Source: an uncultured Rhodospirillales bacterium
Lineage (GTDB): Bacteria; Pseudomonadota; Alphaproteobacteria; Azospirillales; Azospirillaceae
Direction: 5' to 3'
Length of the DNA stretch: 64,000 nt
Assembly: GCA_903927615.1 (NCBI GenBank)
Contig: CAIYNU010000086.1
Coordinates: 4,042 to 68,041, forward strand
The translations under genes and the position numbers were made by a program. Every line of letters begins with the position of its first letter. The first letter of the stretch is position 1. The notes beneath the pieces are model-generated. The model was not told the origin of the DNA, did not search any database, and saw nothing but the letters and a program-made list of their open reading frames with translations. Positions 8,886-18,669 of this stretch are shown here, piece after piece.

Positions 8886-10895
8886 TCAGGTCAGGGCGCG
8901 CGGACCGATCCGGCTCTGCGGGCCATGCTTGCGCCCGGTGCGTGCGCCTTCGCCGCCGGACCGGCCGGTGCCGGCGGGTTGCCAGGCGGGGACCAAGTGA
9001 TGCTTGCCGGGACCGATCAGGTCGGCGCGGCCCATGTGTTTGAGCGCATCCCGCAGCATCGGCCAGTTCTCGGCGTCGTGGTAGCGCAGGAAGGCCTTGT
9101 GGAGCCGGCGCTGGCGCAGACCCTTGGCGGTGATGACGGTTTCGGCCCGGCTGTGACCCAGCGGGCGCAACGGGTTGCGCTCGGTGTGATACATGGTGGT
9201 GGCCAGGGCCAACGGCGAGGGCAGGAAAGTTTGCACCTGATCGAGCCGGAAGCCTTTGCGTTTCAGCCACAGTGCCAGGTTCAGCATGTCCTGGTCGGTG
9301 GTGCCGGGGTGAGCGGCGATGAAATAGGGGATCAGGTACAGCTCCTTGCCGGCTTCGCGGGCGAAGCGGTCGAACAAGGCCTTGAAGCGGTCGAAGCTGG
9401 AGATGTCCGGTTTCATCATCAGGGCCAGCGGCCCGGGTTCGGTGTGTTCGGGAGCGATCTTGAGGTAGCCGCCGACATGGTGGGTGACCAGTTCCCGGAT
9501 ATAGGCGGGACTGCGCAAGGCCAGGTCGTAACGGACGCCGGAACCGATCAGGATTCTTTTAATGCCGGGCACCGCCCGGGCCTGACGATAGAGTTGGATC
9601 AGCGGTTCGTGGTCGGTGTTGAGATTCTTGCAGATTTCGGGATAGACGCAGGACCAGCGTCGGCACAGCGCCTGGGTCGTGGCGTCCTTGCAGGCCAGGC
9701 GGTACATATTGGCGGTGGGGCCGCCCAGATCCGAGATGCTGCCGGTGAAACCGGCGCCGTTGTCCCGGATGGTCTCGATCTCGCGCAGGATCGAGGCTTC
9801 GGAACGGTTCTGGATGATCCGCCCTTCGTGTTCGGTGATGGAACAGAACGAGCAACCGCCGAAACAGCCGCGCAGAATGGTGATGGAGAAGCGGATCATC
9901 TCCCAGGCCGGAATCCGTGCGCCGCCATAGGCCGGATGGGGCGCCCGGGCGTAAGGCAGCGCGAACACCCCGTCGAATTCGGGGGTGGACAGCGGAAACG
10001 GCGGCGGGTTGAGCCACACCTCTTTGTCGCCGTGGCGTTGCACCAGGGCGCGGGCGTTACCGGGATTGTTTTCCAGATGCATGGCCCGGGACGCTTCGGC
10101 ATAAAGCAGCGGGTCCTTCGCCACGTGCTCCCAATCAGGCAGCCGAATCACGGTGCGCTCGCGGGGCGCGGGCGCGGGACCGGTGGCGTCGCCGCCGGCC
10201 TCGATCACCGTCCAGCCCTCGGGCACCGTCCCCCGCAGCACCGCGGTGCCACGGACGTCGGTGATGTCGCGCGGCGCCTCGCCTTTGGCCACCCGATGGG
10301 CGATTTCGACCACGGCGCGTTCGGCGTTGCCGTAGACCAGCAGATCGGCCTTGCTGTCCACCAGGATCGAGCGGCGGACCTTGTCGGACCAGTAATCGTA
10401 ATGGGCCACCCGGCGCAACGACGCTTCGATGCCGCCGATCACAATGGGGGCGTCGCGAAACGCCTCCCGGCAGCGTTGGGCGTAGACGATCACCGCCCGG
10501 TCCGGCCGCCGGCCCCCCTCCTCGTTGGGGGTGTAGCTGTCGTTGTGACGCAGGCGGCGGTCGGCGGTGTAGCGGTTGACCATCGAGTCCATATTGCCCG
10601 AGGTCACGCCGAAGAACAGGTTGGGTCGGCCCAGCGCCGCGAAGGCGGCGGGGCTGCTCCAGTCGGGTTGCGCGATCAGACCGACCCGGAAGCCCTGGGC
10701 CTCCAGCAGGCGCCCGATGATGGCCATGCCGAAGCTCGGGTGGTCGACATAGGCGTCGCCCGTGACCAGCACGATGTCGCAACTGTCCCAGCCGAGGGTA
10801 TCCATCTCGGCCCGGGACAGGGGCAGGAACGGTGCCGGCCCGAACCGGTGCGCCCAATAGGGGCGGTACGAAAAGAGGGGTTTGGGTTCGGCCAT
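8886..10895 (-). CDS. ygiQ: YgiQ-family (UPF0313) radical SAM protein
   Basis: [19 protein letters not shown]...[38 protein letters not shown] and radical-SAM cluster motif [12 protein letters not shown]. Start is set at the internal ATG 10895 so that it does not overlap the upstream peptidase gene. Confidence 0.85.
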   Translation of the reverse strand: MAEPKPLFSYRPYWAHRFGPAPFLPLSRAEMDTLGWDSCDIVLVTGDAYVDHPSFGMAIIGRLLEAQGFRVGLIAQPDWSSPAAFAALGRPNLFFGVTSGNMDSMVNRYTADRRLRHNDSYTPNEEGGRRPDRAVIVYAQRCREAFRDAPIVIGGIEASLRRVAHYDYWSDKVRRSILVDSKADLLVYGNAERAVVEIAHRVAKGEAPRDITDVRGTAVLRGTVPEGWTVIEAGGDATGPAPAPRERTVIRLPDWEHVAKDPLLYAEASRAMHLENNPGNARALVQRHGDKEVWLNPPPFPLSTPEFDGVFALPYARAPHPAYGGARIPAWEMIRFSITILRGCFGGCSFCSITEHEGRIIQNRSEASILREIETIRDNGAGFTGSISDLGGPTANMYRLACKDATTQALCRRWSCVYPEICKNLNTDHEPLIQLYRQARAVPGIKRILIGSGVRYDLALRSPAYIRELVTHHVGGYLKIAPEHTEPGPLALMMKPDISSFDRFKALFDRFAREAGKELYLIPYFIAAHPGTTDQDMLNLALWLKRKGFRLDQVQTFLPSPLALATTMYHTERNPLRPLGHSRAETVITAKGLRQRRLHKAFLRYHDAENWPMLRDALKHMGRADLIGPGKHHLVPAWQPAGTGRSGGEGARTGRKHGPQSRIGPRALT

Positions 10896-10902
10896 GATCG
10901 CG

Positions 10903-12156
10903 CTAGCTCCGGCGCCATTGGGGCCGGCGCGGGCGGGCCGGCGGCGGTCCGACCACGCACGAGGTGGGCGGGCCGGAGAGCACCCGGCGGGCGACCCGAA
11001 CCAGATCGTCCAGGGTGACGCCGTCGATTTCGGCTTCGATGTCGTCGACACTGCGGATGCGGTCTCGCACCAGCATGTCCCGGGCCAATCGTTGGGCGCG
11101 GCCGTAGGTGGATTCCTGGGCGCTGCCCAGCAGAAACCGCAACTGCTCCCGGGACCGCGCCAGCTCCTCGGCGGTGAGGCCGTCCCGGTGGGCGCGTTCC
11201 AGTTCCCGGGCCAGGATTGCCGTCATTTCCTCCAGTTGCCCGGGTGCGGTGGCCGCTTCGAACAGGATGAAGCCGGTGTCGGCGTAGGCTTCCAGATCGG
11301 CATGCACGTCATAGGCCAGCCCGCGCCGTTCCCGAATCTCCTGGAACAGCCGCGAGGTCAGGCCGCCGCCCAGAATGTTGGCCAGGTGCCGCAAGGCCGG
11401 CAGCTCGGGATGGTCCGCGCCGACGCCGGCAAAGGCCAGTGCGTGGTGGGCTTGCTCGATGTCCCGGGCGATGGCCCGGTGGCCGCCGCCGTACCGGGCG
11501 GGCTGGGAGATCGACGGCGGACCGCCGGCCAGGCTTCCGAACAGCCGGGCGCCCAGCGCCGCGACCTCGACCGGATCGACCCGGCCGCTGACCACCAGCA
11601 CCATCCGCTCCGGCCGGTAATGCCGGGCCAGATGATCTTGCAGGTCCTGCCGGGTAAAGCCGGACACCTGGGCGGCGGTGCCCAGGATCGGGCGGCCCAG
11701 CGGCTGGTCGGGATAGAGCGTGGCGTGCAGGGCGTCGCCCAGCACCGCTTCCGGTTCGTCGGCGTATTGGTCGATTTCCTGGAGCACCACCGACCGGTCG
11801 CGCTCCACCTCGTCTGCCGGGAAGATGGATTCGGTCAGCACCTCGCCCAGCAGCGAAATGGCCGCGGGCCAATGGCGCGCTCCGGTCTGGACGTAATAGG
11901 CGGTGGTCTCGTAGTCGGTGTAGGCGTCGATGCTGCCGCCCCGGTTCTCGATTTCGGCGGCGATTTCAAAGGCGGTCCTGGTGGTGGTGCCCTTGAACAG
12001 CAGATGCTCCAGGAAGTGCGAGAGCCCGTTCAGCGCCTCCGGTTCGTCCCGGGCTCCGGCCCCGACCCAAACCCCGGCGGTGACGATGCCCACATGAGGC
12101 ACCGGGTCCACGACGATCCGAAAGCCGTTGTCCAGGCGGGTCAGGTGCTCGGTCAT
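10903..12156 (-). CDS. M16-family (pitrilysin-like) zinc peptidase
   Basis: Inverted zincin motif [11 protein letters not shown] and a typical M16 N-terminus [16 protein letters not shown]. Start is chosen at the internal ATG 12156. Confidence 0.85.
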   Translation of the reverse strand: MTEHLTRLDNGFRIVVDPVPHVGIVTAGVWVGAGARDEPEALNGLSHFLEHLLFKGTTTRTAFEIAAEIENRGGSIDAYTDYETTAYYVQTGARHWPAAISLLGEVLTESIFPADEVERDRSVVLQEIDQYADEPEAVLGDALHATLYPDQPLGRPILGTAAQVSGFTRQDLQDHLARHYRPERMVLVVSGRVDPVEVAALGARLFGSLAGGPPSISQPARYGGGHRAIARDIEQAHHALAFAGVGADHPELPALRHLANILGGGLTSRLFQEIRERRGLAYDVHADLEAYADTGFILFEAATAPGQLEEMTAILARELERAHRDGLTAEELARSREQLRFLLGSAQESTYGRAQRLARDMLVRDRIRSVDDIEAEIDGVTLDDLVRVARRVLSGPPTSCVVGPPPARPRRPQWRRS

Positions 12157-12517
12157 GGCGCGATCGGCGCAGGCGTCGGGACCGGGACGGGTATGACGTT
12201 TGGGGTGCCCGACCCGGGCATCATGATCATGAAGCGTTTCAGGCTCTGGCGCACGGGTCCGGATTCCCCTGTGATCGGTCACTCGGGTCTGGCCGCCGAC
12301 ATCGTGTCCGGTCGGCCGCCGACCCTGTCAAAAGGTGTACCACGGCGAGACGACATCAAGCCAGCCGCCGACACGCCCGCGGTTTCGGGCCGGCGGACGG
12401 GCACCGGATGGCTTGATGCCGGCTGCCCGGCGACGGTATAACCGGTGCTCCCGTCACGATGATGGTAGTGGTGATGTCTCCGATGACCAGCGCCGATCCT
12501 GGCCCGCGACCGCGACC

Positions 12518-12931
12518 ATGGCCATGACCAAAGTTCTCATCGTCGAGGACACCTCGACCTTTCGGGCGATTCTGCGGCATCAGTTGATCAGCGTCGGTAT
12601 TACCAGCCTGTGGATGGCCGGGGATGGCCAGGAGGCGTTGGGCATGCTGTCTCAGCAGCCGGATTTCGACGCGATCCTCTGCGACTGGCACATGCATCCG
12701 ATGGATGGCTTGACCTTCTGTTCCAAGGTCCGGAGTCTTCCCACCATGCAGGGGCGGGCCATTCCGGTGCTGTTCATGACCGCTGACGCCAAACTGGCCA
12801 ACCCCCAGACCCGGGGGCGCATCCAGGACCTGGCCAGGACGCTGGGCATCGTTGAAATTTTGCCGAAGCCGTTCAACACCGAGGAGCTGAAAGCCACCCT
12901 CGAGCGCTGCCTGGGCCGCGCGCTGGATTAG
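12518..12931 (+). CDS. Single-domain CheY-like response regulator
   Basis: MAMTKVLIVEDTSTF..., phospho-acceptor context AILCDWHMHPMDG, and conserved Lys in EILPKPF. Confidence 0.8.
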   Translation: MAMTKVLIVEDTSTFRAILRHQLISVGITSLWMAGDGQEALGMLSQQPDFDAILCDWHMHPMDGLTFCSKVRSLPTMQGRAIPVLFMTADAKLANPQTRGRIQDLARTLGIVEILPKPFNTEELKATLERCLGRALD

Positions 12932-12949
12932 GATGGTGCTCCCGATCGC

Positions 12950-13369
12950 CTACTCGTCGCGCTGGGTGCGTTCCAGACGCTCGTGGCGCTCCTGGGCTTC
13001 CAGCGAAAGGGTGGCGATGGGGCGGGCCTTCAGGCGGCGGACACCGATCGGTTCGCCGGTTTCCTCGCAATAGCCGTAGCTGTCGTCCTGAATCCGCTCC
13101 AGGGCGGCATCGATCTTGGCGATCAGCTTGCGCTCGCGGTCGCGGGTGCGCAGCTCCAGCGCCCGCTCCGCTTCCGCGGACGCCCGGTCGGCGAGGTCCG
13201 GTTCCAGAACGGCGCCCTCCTGGAGGGAGTGGAGCGTCTCGGTGGACTCCTGAAGCAGCTCGCTTTTCCAGCGCAGCAACTTCTGGCGGAAATATTCCTT
13301 CATGATCGGGCTCATGAACGGCTCGTCATCCGACGGGTGGTAATCCGGCGGTAAAATTGGCGACGACAT
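12950..13369 (-). CDS. dksA: RNA polymerase-binding transcription factor DksA (one-Cys variant)
   Basis: KEYFRQKLLRWKSELLQES...DRASAEAERALELRTRDRERKLIAKIDAALERI..DSYGYCEETGEPIGVRRLKARP. Only one of the four canonical zinc-finger Cys positions is Cys. Confidence 0.85.
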   Translation of the reverse strand: MSSPILPPDYHPSDDEPFMSPIMKEYFRQKLLRWKSELLQESTETLHSLQEGAVLEPDLADRASAEAERALELRTRDRERKLIAKIDAALERIQDDSYGYCEETGEPIGVRRLKARPIATLSLEAQERHERLERTQRDE

Positions 13370-13839
13370 TCTATGACATCCAATCTCGATGCAAATCCAA
13401 CTCCGGTCCGAATCCAATCCCGGTCAAAATCCCAAGGGCTTGGCACCCCCGGGGGACAGGCGACCAGGATCAAAGTCCACTTGCCTCAAGCCGGGCTGTA
13501 AGTCAAGCGGTAGCCATCGTCCCGACGTCAACGGACCCCTTGGCCGGAAATTTTGGCGGCCGATCGGGGGGCTCGGGTTGCGCCGCGGTAACGGCAGGGA
13601 TAAAAGGAGTCCCGGAGCGCGCGCGCCTTGCGTCGGCGCTCTCTTGCCAACCGGAGCGGACCTGACCGTGTTTCGATTGCGAACTCGTTCCCTGAGCAGT
13701 CCCTCGTCGATCCGGCCGTCGAAACGGCTGACCTCGGCACTGGCGCTGCTGATTTTGGTATTGGTCGGCGGCGGTATCGCCTTTCTCGCCACCACCGACC
13801 TGTCGCCGCCGTTGAAGACGCTGGAGAAGGTCATCCCGG

Positions 13840-15381
13840 ATGAGCGATTCCCGCGCTGAAGCGGCGGGGCGTCCGGTGGCGGTGCGGCTGGTGGCGGCGG
13901 CGGTCGTCTTGGGGCTGGCCGGGGCGGCCGGTCCCGGCGGGACGGGGTGTGCCCAGGAATCGGTGCCGCCGATTCCCCTCACGACCCCATCGGTGCCGCC
14001 GATTCCCCTCACGACCCCATCGGTGCCGCCGATTCCCCTCACGAGCCCATCGGTGCAGCCGATCTCCATAGTTCCGCCTTTGGGTACCGGGTCTGCCGCG
14101 ATGCCGCCGGCCTCACTGCCGCCGGATGCCGCCGGTGTGCTGACCCCGGCCGACGGGGGCTTGGGGCCGGCGTTATGGACGGGATCGCCGGTCGGGCTGG
14201 TCCGGCGGTTGCTGGTCGAGTTGCCGGTGGCGGCGCCATCGCCCAGCCAGCGGCGATTGACACTTCGTCTGCTGCTCTCCGCGGCCGTGCCGCCGGCCGG
14301 CGACGACACCGGCCGTGTTCTGGCGCCGGTGCGCGTGGCCAAACTGGCGGCGCTGGGGGCGACCACCGAATCGGAGCGGCTGCTGGCGGCGATGCCGGGC
14401 GGGCGGGCCGATCCGGTCCTGGCGCACAGCCTGGCGGAGGCGCCGGCGGCCGGGGATCCGGCCGGGCTCGCCGCGGTGGCGCGGTCCGAGGCCGCGGATG
14501 CGGATGCGCGGGTGGATGCTGCGGAACGGGCGGCGGCGGCGGGGGCGCTGTCGGGGGACGAGCTTGCGGCGGCTTACGCTTCGGTGCGATTCGCCCCGGC
14601 GGCGTTGGCCCGGCCGCTGACCGCCGGTGAACCGGGGGCGCGGGGGCGCGCCCTGGTCTATCAGGCGAGTGTCGGCGAGTCCCAGCCGGCGGTACAGGCC
14701 GAACTGGTCGGGCACTGGTTCCAGTTGCTGGAGCCGGCCCAGGTCGTGGGACCGGTGGCGGCGCTGCCATTGGCGGTGCTGGCGCGGTTGCCGGTGGACG
14801 CCGCAACCGCCTGGCTGGCCCCGGCGGCGGTGCGGGCGTTCTGGGCCTCGGGTCGGGCCGAGGCCGCCATCCCCTGGCTGAAAGTACCGTCAAATCCGTC
14901 TGTCGCCGCGGCCGTGCTGCGGCTGTGGCCGCTTGCGGTCCTGGCCGGAGGCGAGGTCAAGGGCGCGAGCGGCGGCGGGTTCGATGCCTGGCTGGCGGCG
15001 GCCCTGGCCGGTGCCGATGCCGGGCGGCGGGCGCGGGTGGCCGGTGTGCTGGCGTTGCTTCAGGCCGCAGGCGAACCGGTCAAGGAAGCGGCCTGGATCG
15101 AGACCACGGATAAGGCCGCGGGGGATCAAACCGCCGCCGCCGCCGCGGCGGGTGGTCCGGCGCCGTCGGCGGCGTTGTGGCAGACTCTGAATGCCGCGAC
15201 CGCCGATCATCGCGTGGGCGAGGTGGTGCTGGTGGCGTTGACCATCCTGGGCAACGGCGGGCCGCAGGCGTTGCCGCCGGTGGTGCTGGCCCAGGTGGTG
15301 ACCAGCTTGCGGGCGGTGGGGCTTTCGGCCGAGGCTCTTGGCCTGGCACGGGAAGCGGTCGCGGCGTTGCTCGACTGGTGA
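13840..15381 (+). CDS. Ala/Pro-rich hypothetical protein, probable lipoprotein, with an N-terminal tandem decapeptide repeat
   Basis: Hydrophobic leader followed by GTGC (lipobox-like). Then SVPPIPLTTP x3 plus a degenerate fourth copy. The rest is Ala/Leu-rich with no recognised motif. High third-position GC supports coding. Confidence 0.6.
   Translation: MSDSRAEAAGRPVAVRLVAAAVVLGLAGAAGPGGTGCAQESVPPIPLTTPSVPPIPLTTPSVPPIPLTSPSVQPISIVPPLGTGSAAMPPASLPPDAAGVLTPADGGLGPALWTGSPVGLVRRLLVELPVAAPSPSQRRLTLRLLLSAAVPPAGDDTGRVLAPVRVAKLAALGATTESERLLAAMPGGRADPVLAHSLAEAPAAGDPAGLAAVARSEAADADARVDAAERAAAAGALSGDELAAAYASVRFAPAALARPLTAGEPGARGRALVYQASVGESQPAVQAELVGHWFQLLEPAQVVGPVAALPLAVLARLPVDAATAWLAPAAVRAFWASGRAEAAIPWLKVPSNPSVAAAVLRLWPLAVLAGGEVKGASGGGFDAWLAAALAGADAGRRARVAGVLALLQAAGEPVKEAAWIETTDKAAGDQTAAAAAAGGPAPSAALWQTLNAATADHRVGEVVLVALTILGNGGPQALPPVVLAQVVTSLRAVGLSAEALGLAREAVAALLDW
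13959..14070 (+). repeat. 30-bp in-frame tandem repeat, 3 near-identical copies plus 1 degenerate copy
   Basis: Unit atcggtgccgccgattcccctcacgacccc at 13959-13988 and 13989-14018. 14019-14048 carries one mismatch. A decayed copy spans 14049-14070. Confidence 0.9.
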
Positions 15382-15420
15382 TGGCCCGACGGATGATTGC
15401 GTGACGGATGGAGTGCTGGA

Positions 15421-16404
15421 ATGGGGCGGACGGCCCGGATTCCCACCACGGGCCTGCCGCCCGAGTTGGATGCCTTTCTCGACATGATGACCGCCGAACG
15501 GGCGGTGGCCACCAATACGCTTCAGGCCTACCGGCGTGATCTGGCCGATGCGGCGACCTGGCTGGCGGCCAACCGGTCGGCCGGGTTGGTGCGGGCGACC
15601 TCGGACGATCTGCGTGGGTATCTGGACCATCTGTACCAGATCGGGTCGACGGCGGCGACCGTGGCCCGCCGACGGGCGGCGCTTCGTCAGTTCAACCGCT
15701 TCCTGTGCTCGGAAGGGCGCCGTGCCGACGATCCGACCGCGGTCCTGGACAGTCCGACCCGGGCCCGGCCGTTGCCCAAGCTGGTCGATGAGGCCGCGGT
15801 GACCGAACTGATCAAAGCCGCGTATAAGCTCAAGGAGCCTGAGCGGATGCGGATGATCACGGTGTTGGAACTGCTTTACGCCACCGGTCTGCGCGTCTCG
15901 GAGTTGGTCGGGTTGCCCCTGTCGGCGTTGCCCAAACAGGGGGCCTGGTTGCTGGTCCGGGGCAAGGGCGACAAAGAGCGGATGGTGCCGCTGTCGCAAC
16001 CGGCCCAGGCGGCGCTCGGGAACTGGCTTGGGGTGCGGCCGGCGTTCCTGCCCACCGGCAGCGTCGCCCGGGTGAAGAAGGCCGCGCGTTTCCTGTTTCC
16101 TTCGGCCAGCGCCCGGGAAGGCCATCTGACCCGCCAGCGTCTCGGCCAGATGTTGAAGGAGCTTGCGCCAGGTGCCGGGATCGATCCGGATCAACTCAGC
16201 CCGCATGTGTTGCGCCATGCCTTCGCCACGCATCTGCTGGACCATGGCGCCGATTTGCGCAGTGTTCAGACCCTGCTGGGGCACGCCGACATCGCCACCA
16301 CCGAGATTTATACCCATGTGACCACCGGGCGTCTGAAGCAGGCGATGGCGGATCACCACCCGCTGTCTGACAAGCGTCAGCGGTCGGAAGCGGAAGAAAC
16401 CTGA
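15421..16404 (+). CDS. xerD: Tyrosine site-specific recombinase XerD
   Basis: LDAFLDMMTAERAVATNTLQAYRRDL, catalytic region HVLRHAFATHLLDHGADLRSVQTLLGHADIATTEIYTHV. Confidence 0.9.
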   Translation: MGRTARIPTTGLPPELDAFLDMMTAERAVATNTLQAYRRDLADAATWLAANRSAGLVRATSDDLRGYLDHLYQIGSTAATVARRRAALRQFNRFLCSEGRRADDPTAVLDSPTRARPLPKLVDEAAVTELIKAAYKLKEPERMRMITVLELLYATGLRVSELVGLPLSALPKQGAWLLVRGKGDKERMVPLSQPAQAALGNWLGVRPAFLPTGSVARVKKAARFLFPSASAREGHLTRQRLGQMLKELAPGAGIDPDQLSPHVLRHAFATHLLDHGADLRSVQTLLGHADIATTEIYTHVTTGRLKQAMADHHPLSDKRQRSEAEET

Positions 16405-16425
16405 GCGGGCTTGGATCGGCCGCCT

Positions 16426-18393
16426 TTACCGAAACGCGAATCCCTTGTCGCGAAACAAGCGGAGGCAGGCGGCAACGGCGGCCGGATCGTAAAGCCGGCC
16501 CTGATGGGTCTCGATTTCGGCCAGGGCGACGCCGATGCCCAGGGCCGGGCGGTACGGCCGGTGGGAGGCCATGGCTTCGACCACGTCGGCCACCGCCATG
16601 ATCCGGGCATGGGGCAGGATGGCGTCGCCGACCAGGCCATGGGGATAACCGGAACCGTCCAGCCGTTCATGGTGCTGAGAGACGATTCGGGCGATCGGCC
16701 AGGGAAAATCCACGGCTTTGAGAATCTCGAAGCCGGCGGTGGCGTGGATTTTGATCAGTTCATATTCGATGGGCGACAGCCGGCCAGGCTTGCTGAGGAT
16801 TTCGGCGGGGATGTGAATCTTGCCCAAGTCATGGACGATGCTGGCCAGATAAAGTCCATGAACTTCGCTCTCGGGCATGCCCAACTCGCGGCCGATGGCT
16901 TCCGCCAGTTGCGCCACCCGTTGCTGATGGCCGGCGGTGTAAGGATCGCGCATCTCCACGGTCCCGGCAATCGCCTGGATCGTCGCTTCCATGCTGGCTT
17001 CCAGGCGTTGCAGGGCGTGGTCGTGCCCGGCCCGGGTGCGCAGAGCCGAGAGGCCGTAGCCCAGGTCTTCGGCAAGTTCCGCCAACAGGCGAATCTCTTC
17101 CTCGTCGAAGGCGTGGGCTTCGGTGCTGTGGATGCTCAGCACGCCGAACACCCGGGGCCCCGACGCCAGCGGCAGCACCAGCACGGCGGCGTAACCAAGA
17201 GCCTTGGCTTCCGCCCGCCAGGGTCCGAACGCGGGATCGGCCGCGGTGTCCTGGATCACCCGCGCCGCGCCGGTGCGGACCACCGTCTCTAGCGGTCCCT
17301 GGGTCAGGTCGCCATCGCCCCATGGACGGGCGGCGATGTCGGCCCGGTCTTCGGCCCGATCGGTCAGTTGCGCCGCCGGACGGAGTTGCGGGCGCGCGTC
17401 GTCGACCATGCCGATCCAGGCCAACCGGTAACCGCCGATTTCGACGATGATCCGGCACATCTCGGCCAGCAACTGGCCCTCGTCGGTGGCGTGAACCAGC
17501 ACGCCATTACAACCGGTGAGGGTTTTTAAGGCGCGGTTGGTCCGACGCAGGGCCGTTTCCGCCAAGGTTTGCTCGGTCACGTCGTGAGCGATGCCCTCCA
17601 CGGCGAGCACGGCGCCCAGGGAATCCTGGATCGGAGATTCCGAGATTTCGAGGCAATGAACGCTGCCGTTGCGGTGCCGAATCTCCAGCGGGTACGTCGG
17701 CTGTCGCTCACCGCCCAAGGCGCGGGTTCGGTGGGCTCGGGCGCGGTCGTTGAGGGGGCTGGCGGTGAGGTAGTCGCGATGATGGGTCGCGAAGTCCTCG
17801 GGATCATAACCCAACACGGCGGTAATCGACTGACTGACATAGACCATCCGATCCGTCGAATTCAACGAGTAAAAAAAGTAATCGTCGTGTAACGTTTCGA
17901 CCAGACTGCGGTAGCGTCGTTCACTGGCGGTCAGTTGTTCCGTTCTGGCAATCAGACGTTGTTCCAAATTCCGCTCGAGGGCATGAAGCGCCAGGTGAGT
18001 CTGGACTCGCGCCAGCACTTCCTCTGGTTCGAACGGTTTGGAGATGAAATCGACACCGCCGGAGGTGAACGCCTTGATCTTGATTTCGGTATCGGTGGCG
18101 GCGCTGATGAAGATGATGGGAATCGCGGACAGCACCGGATCGGCCTTGAAGCGTCGGCAGACCTCATAGCCGTCCATCTCCGGCATGCGGACATCAAGGA
18201 GCATCAGGTCCGGCGGCTCACGGGTCGCCACCTGCAAGGCCCGCTTGCCGCTGAGGGCGGTGACGACCGCATGGCCATGATCACGCAACACGCGGGTCAG
18301 CACCGCCAGATTTTCGGGCGTGTCATCGACCACCAGGATTCGCGTCGATGGGACCTGGGTCTCGGTGTTCTTAGGCATCATCCGTAAGTTCAA
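16426..18393 (-). CDS. Response regulator with REC-PAS-GAF-HD-GYP architecture (c-di-GMP phosphodiesterase type)
   Basis: REC ILVVDDTPENL...LMLLDVRMPEMDG. HD-GYP motifs IVHDLGK and HHERLDGSGYPHGL. Confidence 0.9.
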   Translation of the reverse strand: MNLRMMPKNTETQVPSTRILVVDDTPENLAVLTRVLRDHGHAVVTALSGKRALQVATREPPDLMLLDVRMPEMDGYEVCRRFKADPVLSAIPIIFISAATDTEIKIKAFTSGGVDFISKPFEPEEVLARVQTHLALHALERNLEQRLIARTEQLTASERRYRSLVETLHDDYFFYSLNSTDRMVYVSQSITAVLGYDPEDFATHHRDYLTASPLNDRARAHRTRALGGERQPTYPLEIRHRNGSVHCLEISESPIQDSLGAVLAVEGIAHDVTEQTLAETALRRTNRALKTLTGCNGVLVHATDEGQLLAEMCRIIVEIGGYRLAWIGMVDDARPQLRPAAQLTDRAEDRADIAARPWGDGDLTQGPLETVVRTGAARVIQDTAADPAFGPWRAEAKALGYAAVLVLPLASGPRVFGVLSIHSTEAHAFDEEEIRLLAELAEDLGYGLSALRTRAGHDHALQRLEASMEATIQAIAGTVEMRDPYTAGHQQRVAQLAEAIGRELGMPESEVHGLYLASIVHDLGKIHIPAEILSKPGRLSPIEYELIKIHATAGFEILKAVDFPWPIARIVSQHHERLDGSGYPHGLVGDAILPHARIMAVADVVEAMASHRPYRPALGIGVALAEIETHQGRLYDPAAVAACLRLFRDKGFAFR

Positions 18394-18669
18394 GCCTCGA
18401 TCTCATAGGTCCAGCACGATGATGCAGCATGATGCATGCAATGATATGATGCGCGGCGTGGAGAACCGATGCGTGGATGTCCTGATCCGTCAGGACAACA
18501 ACAAGATAGTATGAACATCTTAGTACTATACGCCCATTGGTAGGATCGGAGTATCCAACTTTCCGGGCGGCTGTCATTTGGATGGCGACTGTCTTCTATC
18601 GGGTGACGGGCGTCAGGCAACCCGGCGTGACCGGCGTCGATTCGAGGGCGATGCCAACCTCCGCGGGGC

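Noticed and set aside
8640-11018. Very long ORFs antisense to, or out of frame with, well-supported genes. Examples: 8640-11018 +, 10882-12441 +, 14890-16359 -, 20734-22029 +, 22165-23301 -, 23380-24918 -, 33154-34683 -, 52061-54232 - and 58652-61531 -.
   Set aside because: Their translations are Arg/Gly/Pro/Ala-rich low-complexity strings with no motifs. They lie opposite genes with unmistakable homologs (ygiQ, xerD, nifB, tsf/pyrH, acnB, caspase). Such shadow ORFs are expected in high-GC DNA because stop codons are rare.
13668-13859. Possible 63-aa single-TM protein (GTG start; ...LALLILVLVGGGIAFLATT...) overlapping the start of the Ala-rich lipoprotein gene.
   Set aside because: There is no ATG and no clear Shine-Dalgarno sequence. 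The hydrophobic stretch could be fortuitous in GC-rich DNA. It is left unannotated pending conservation evidence.
13959-14070. Tandem repeats (here, at 52001-52070 and at 60545-60568) considered as possible CRISPR arrays.
   Set aside because: The repeats are contiguous with no unique spacers. Units are 6-30 bp, two of the three are in frame inside CDSs, and no cas genes are present.
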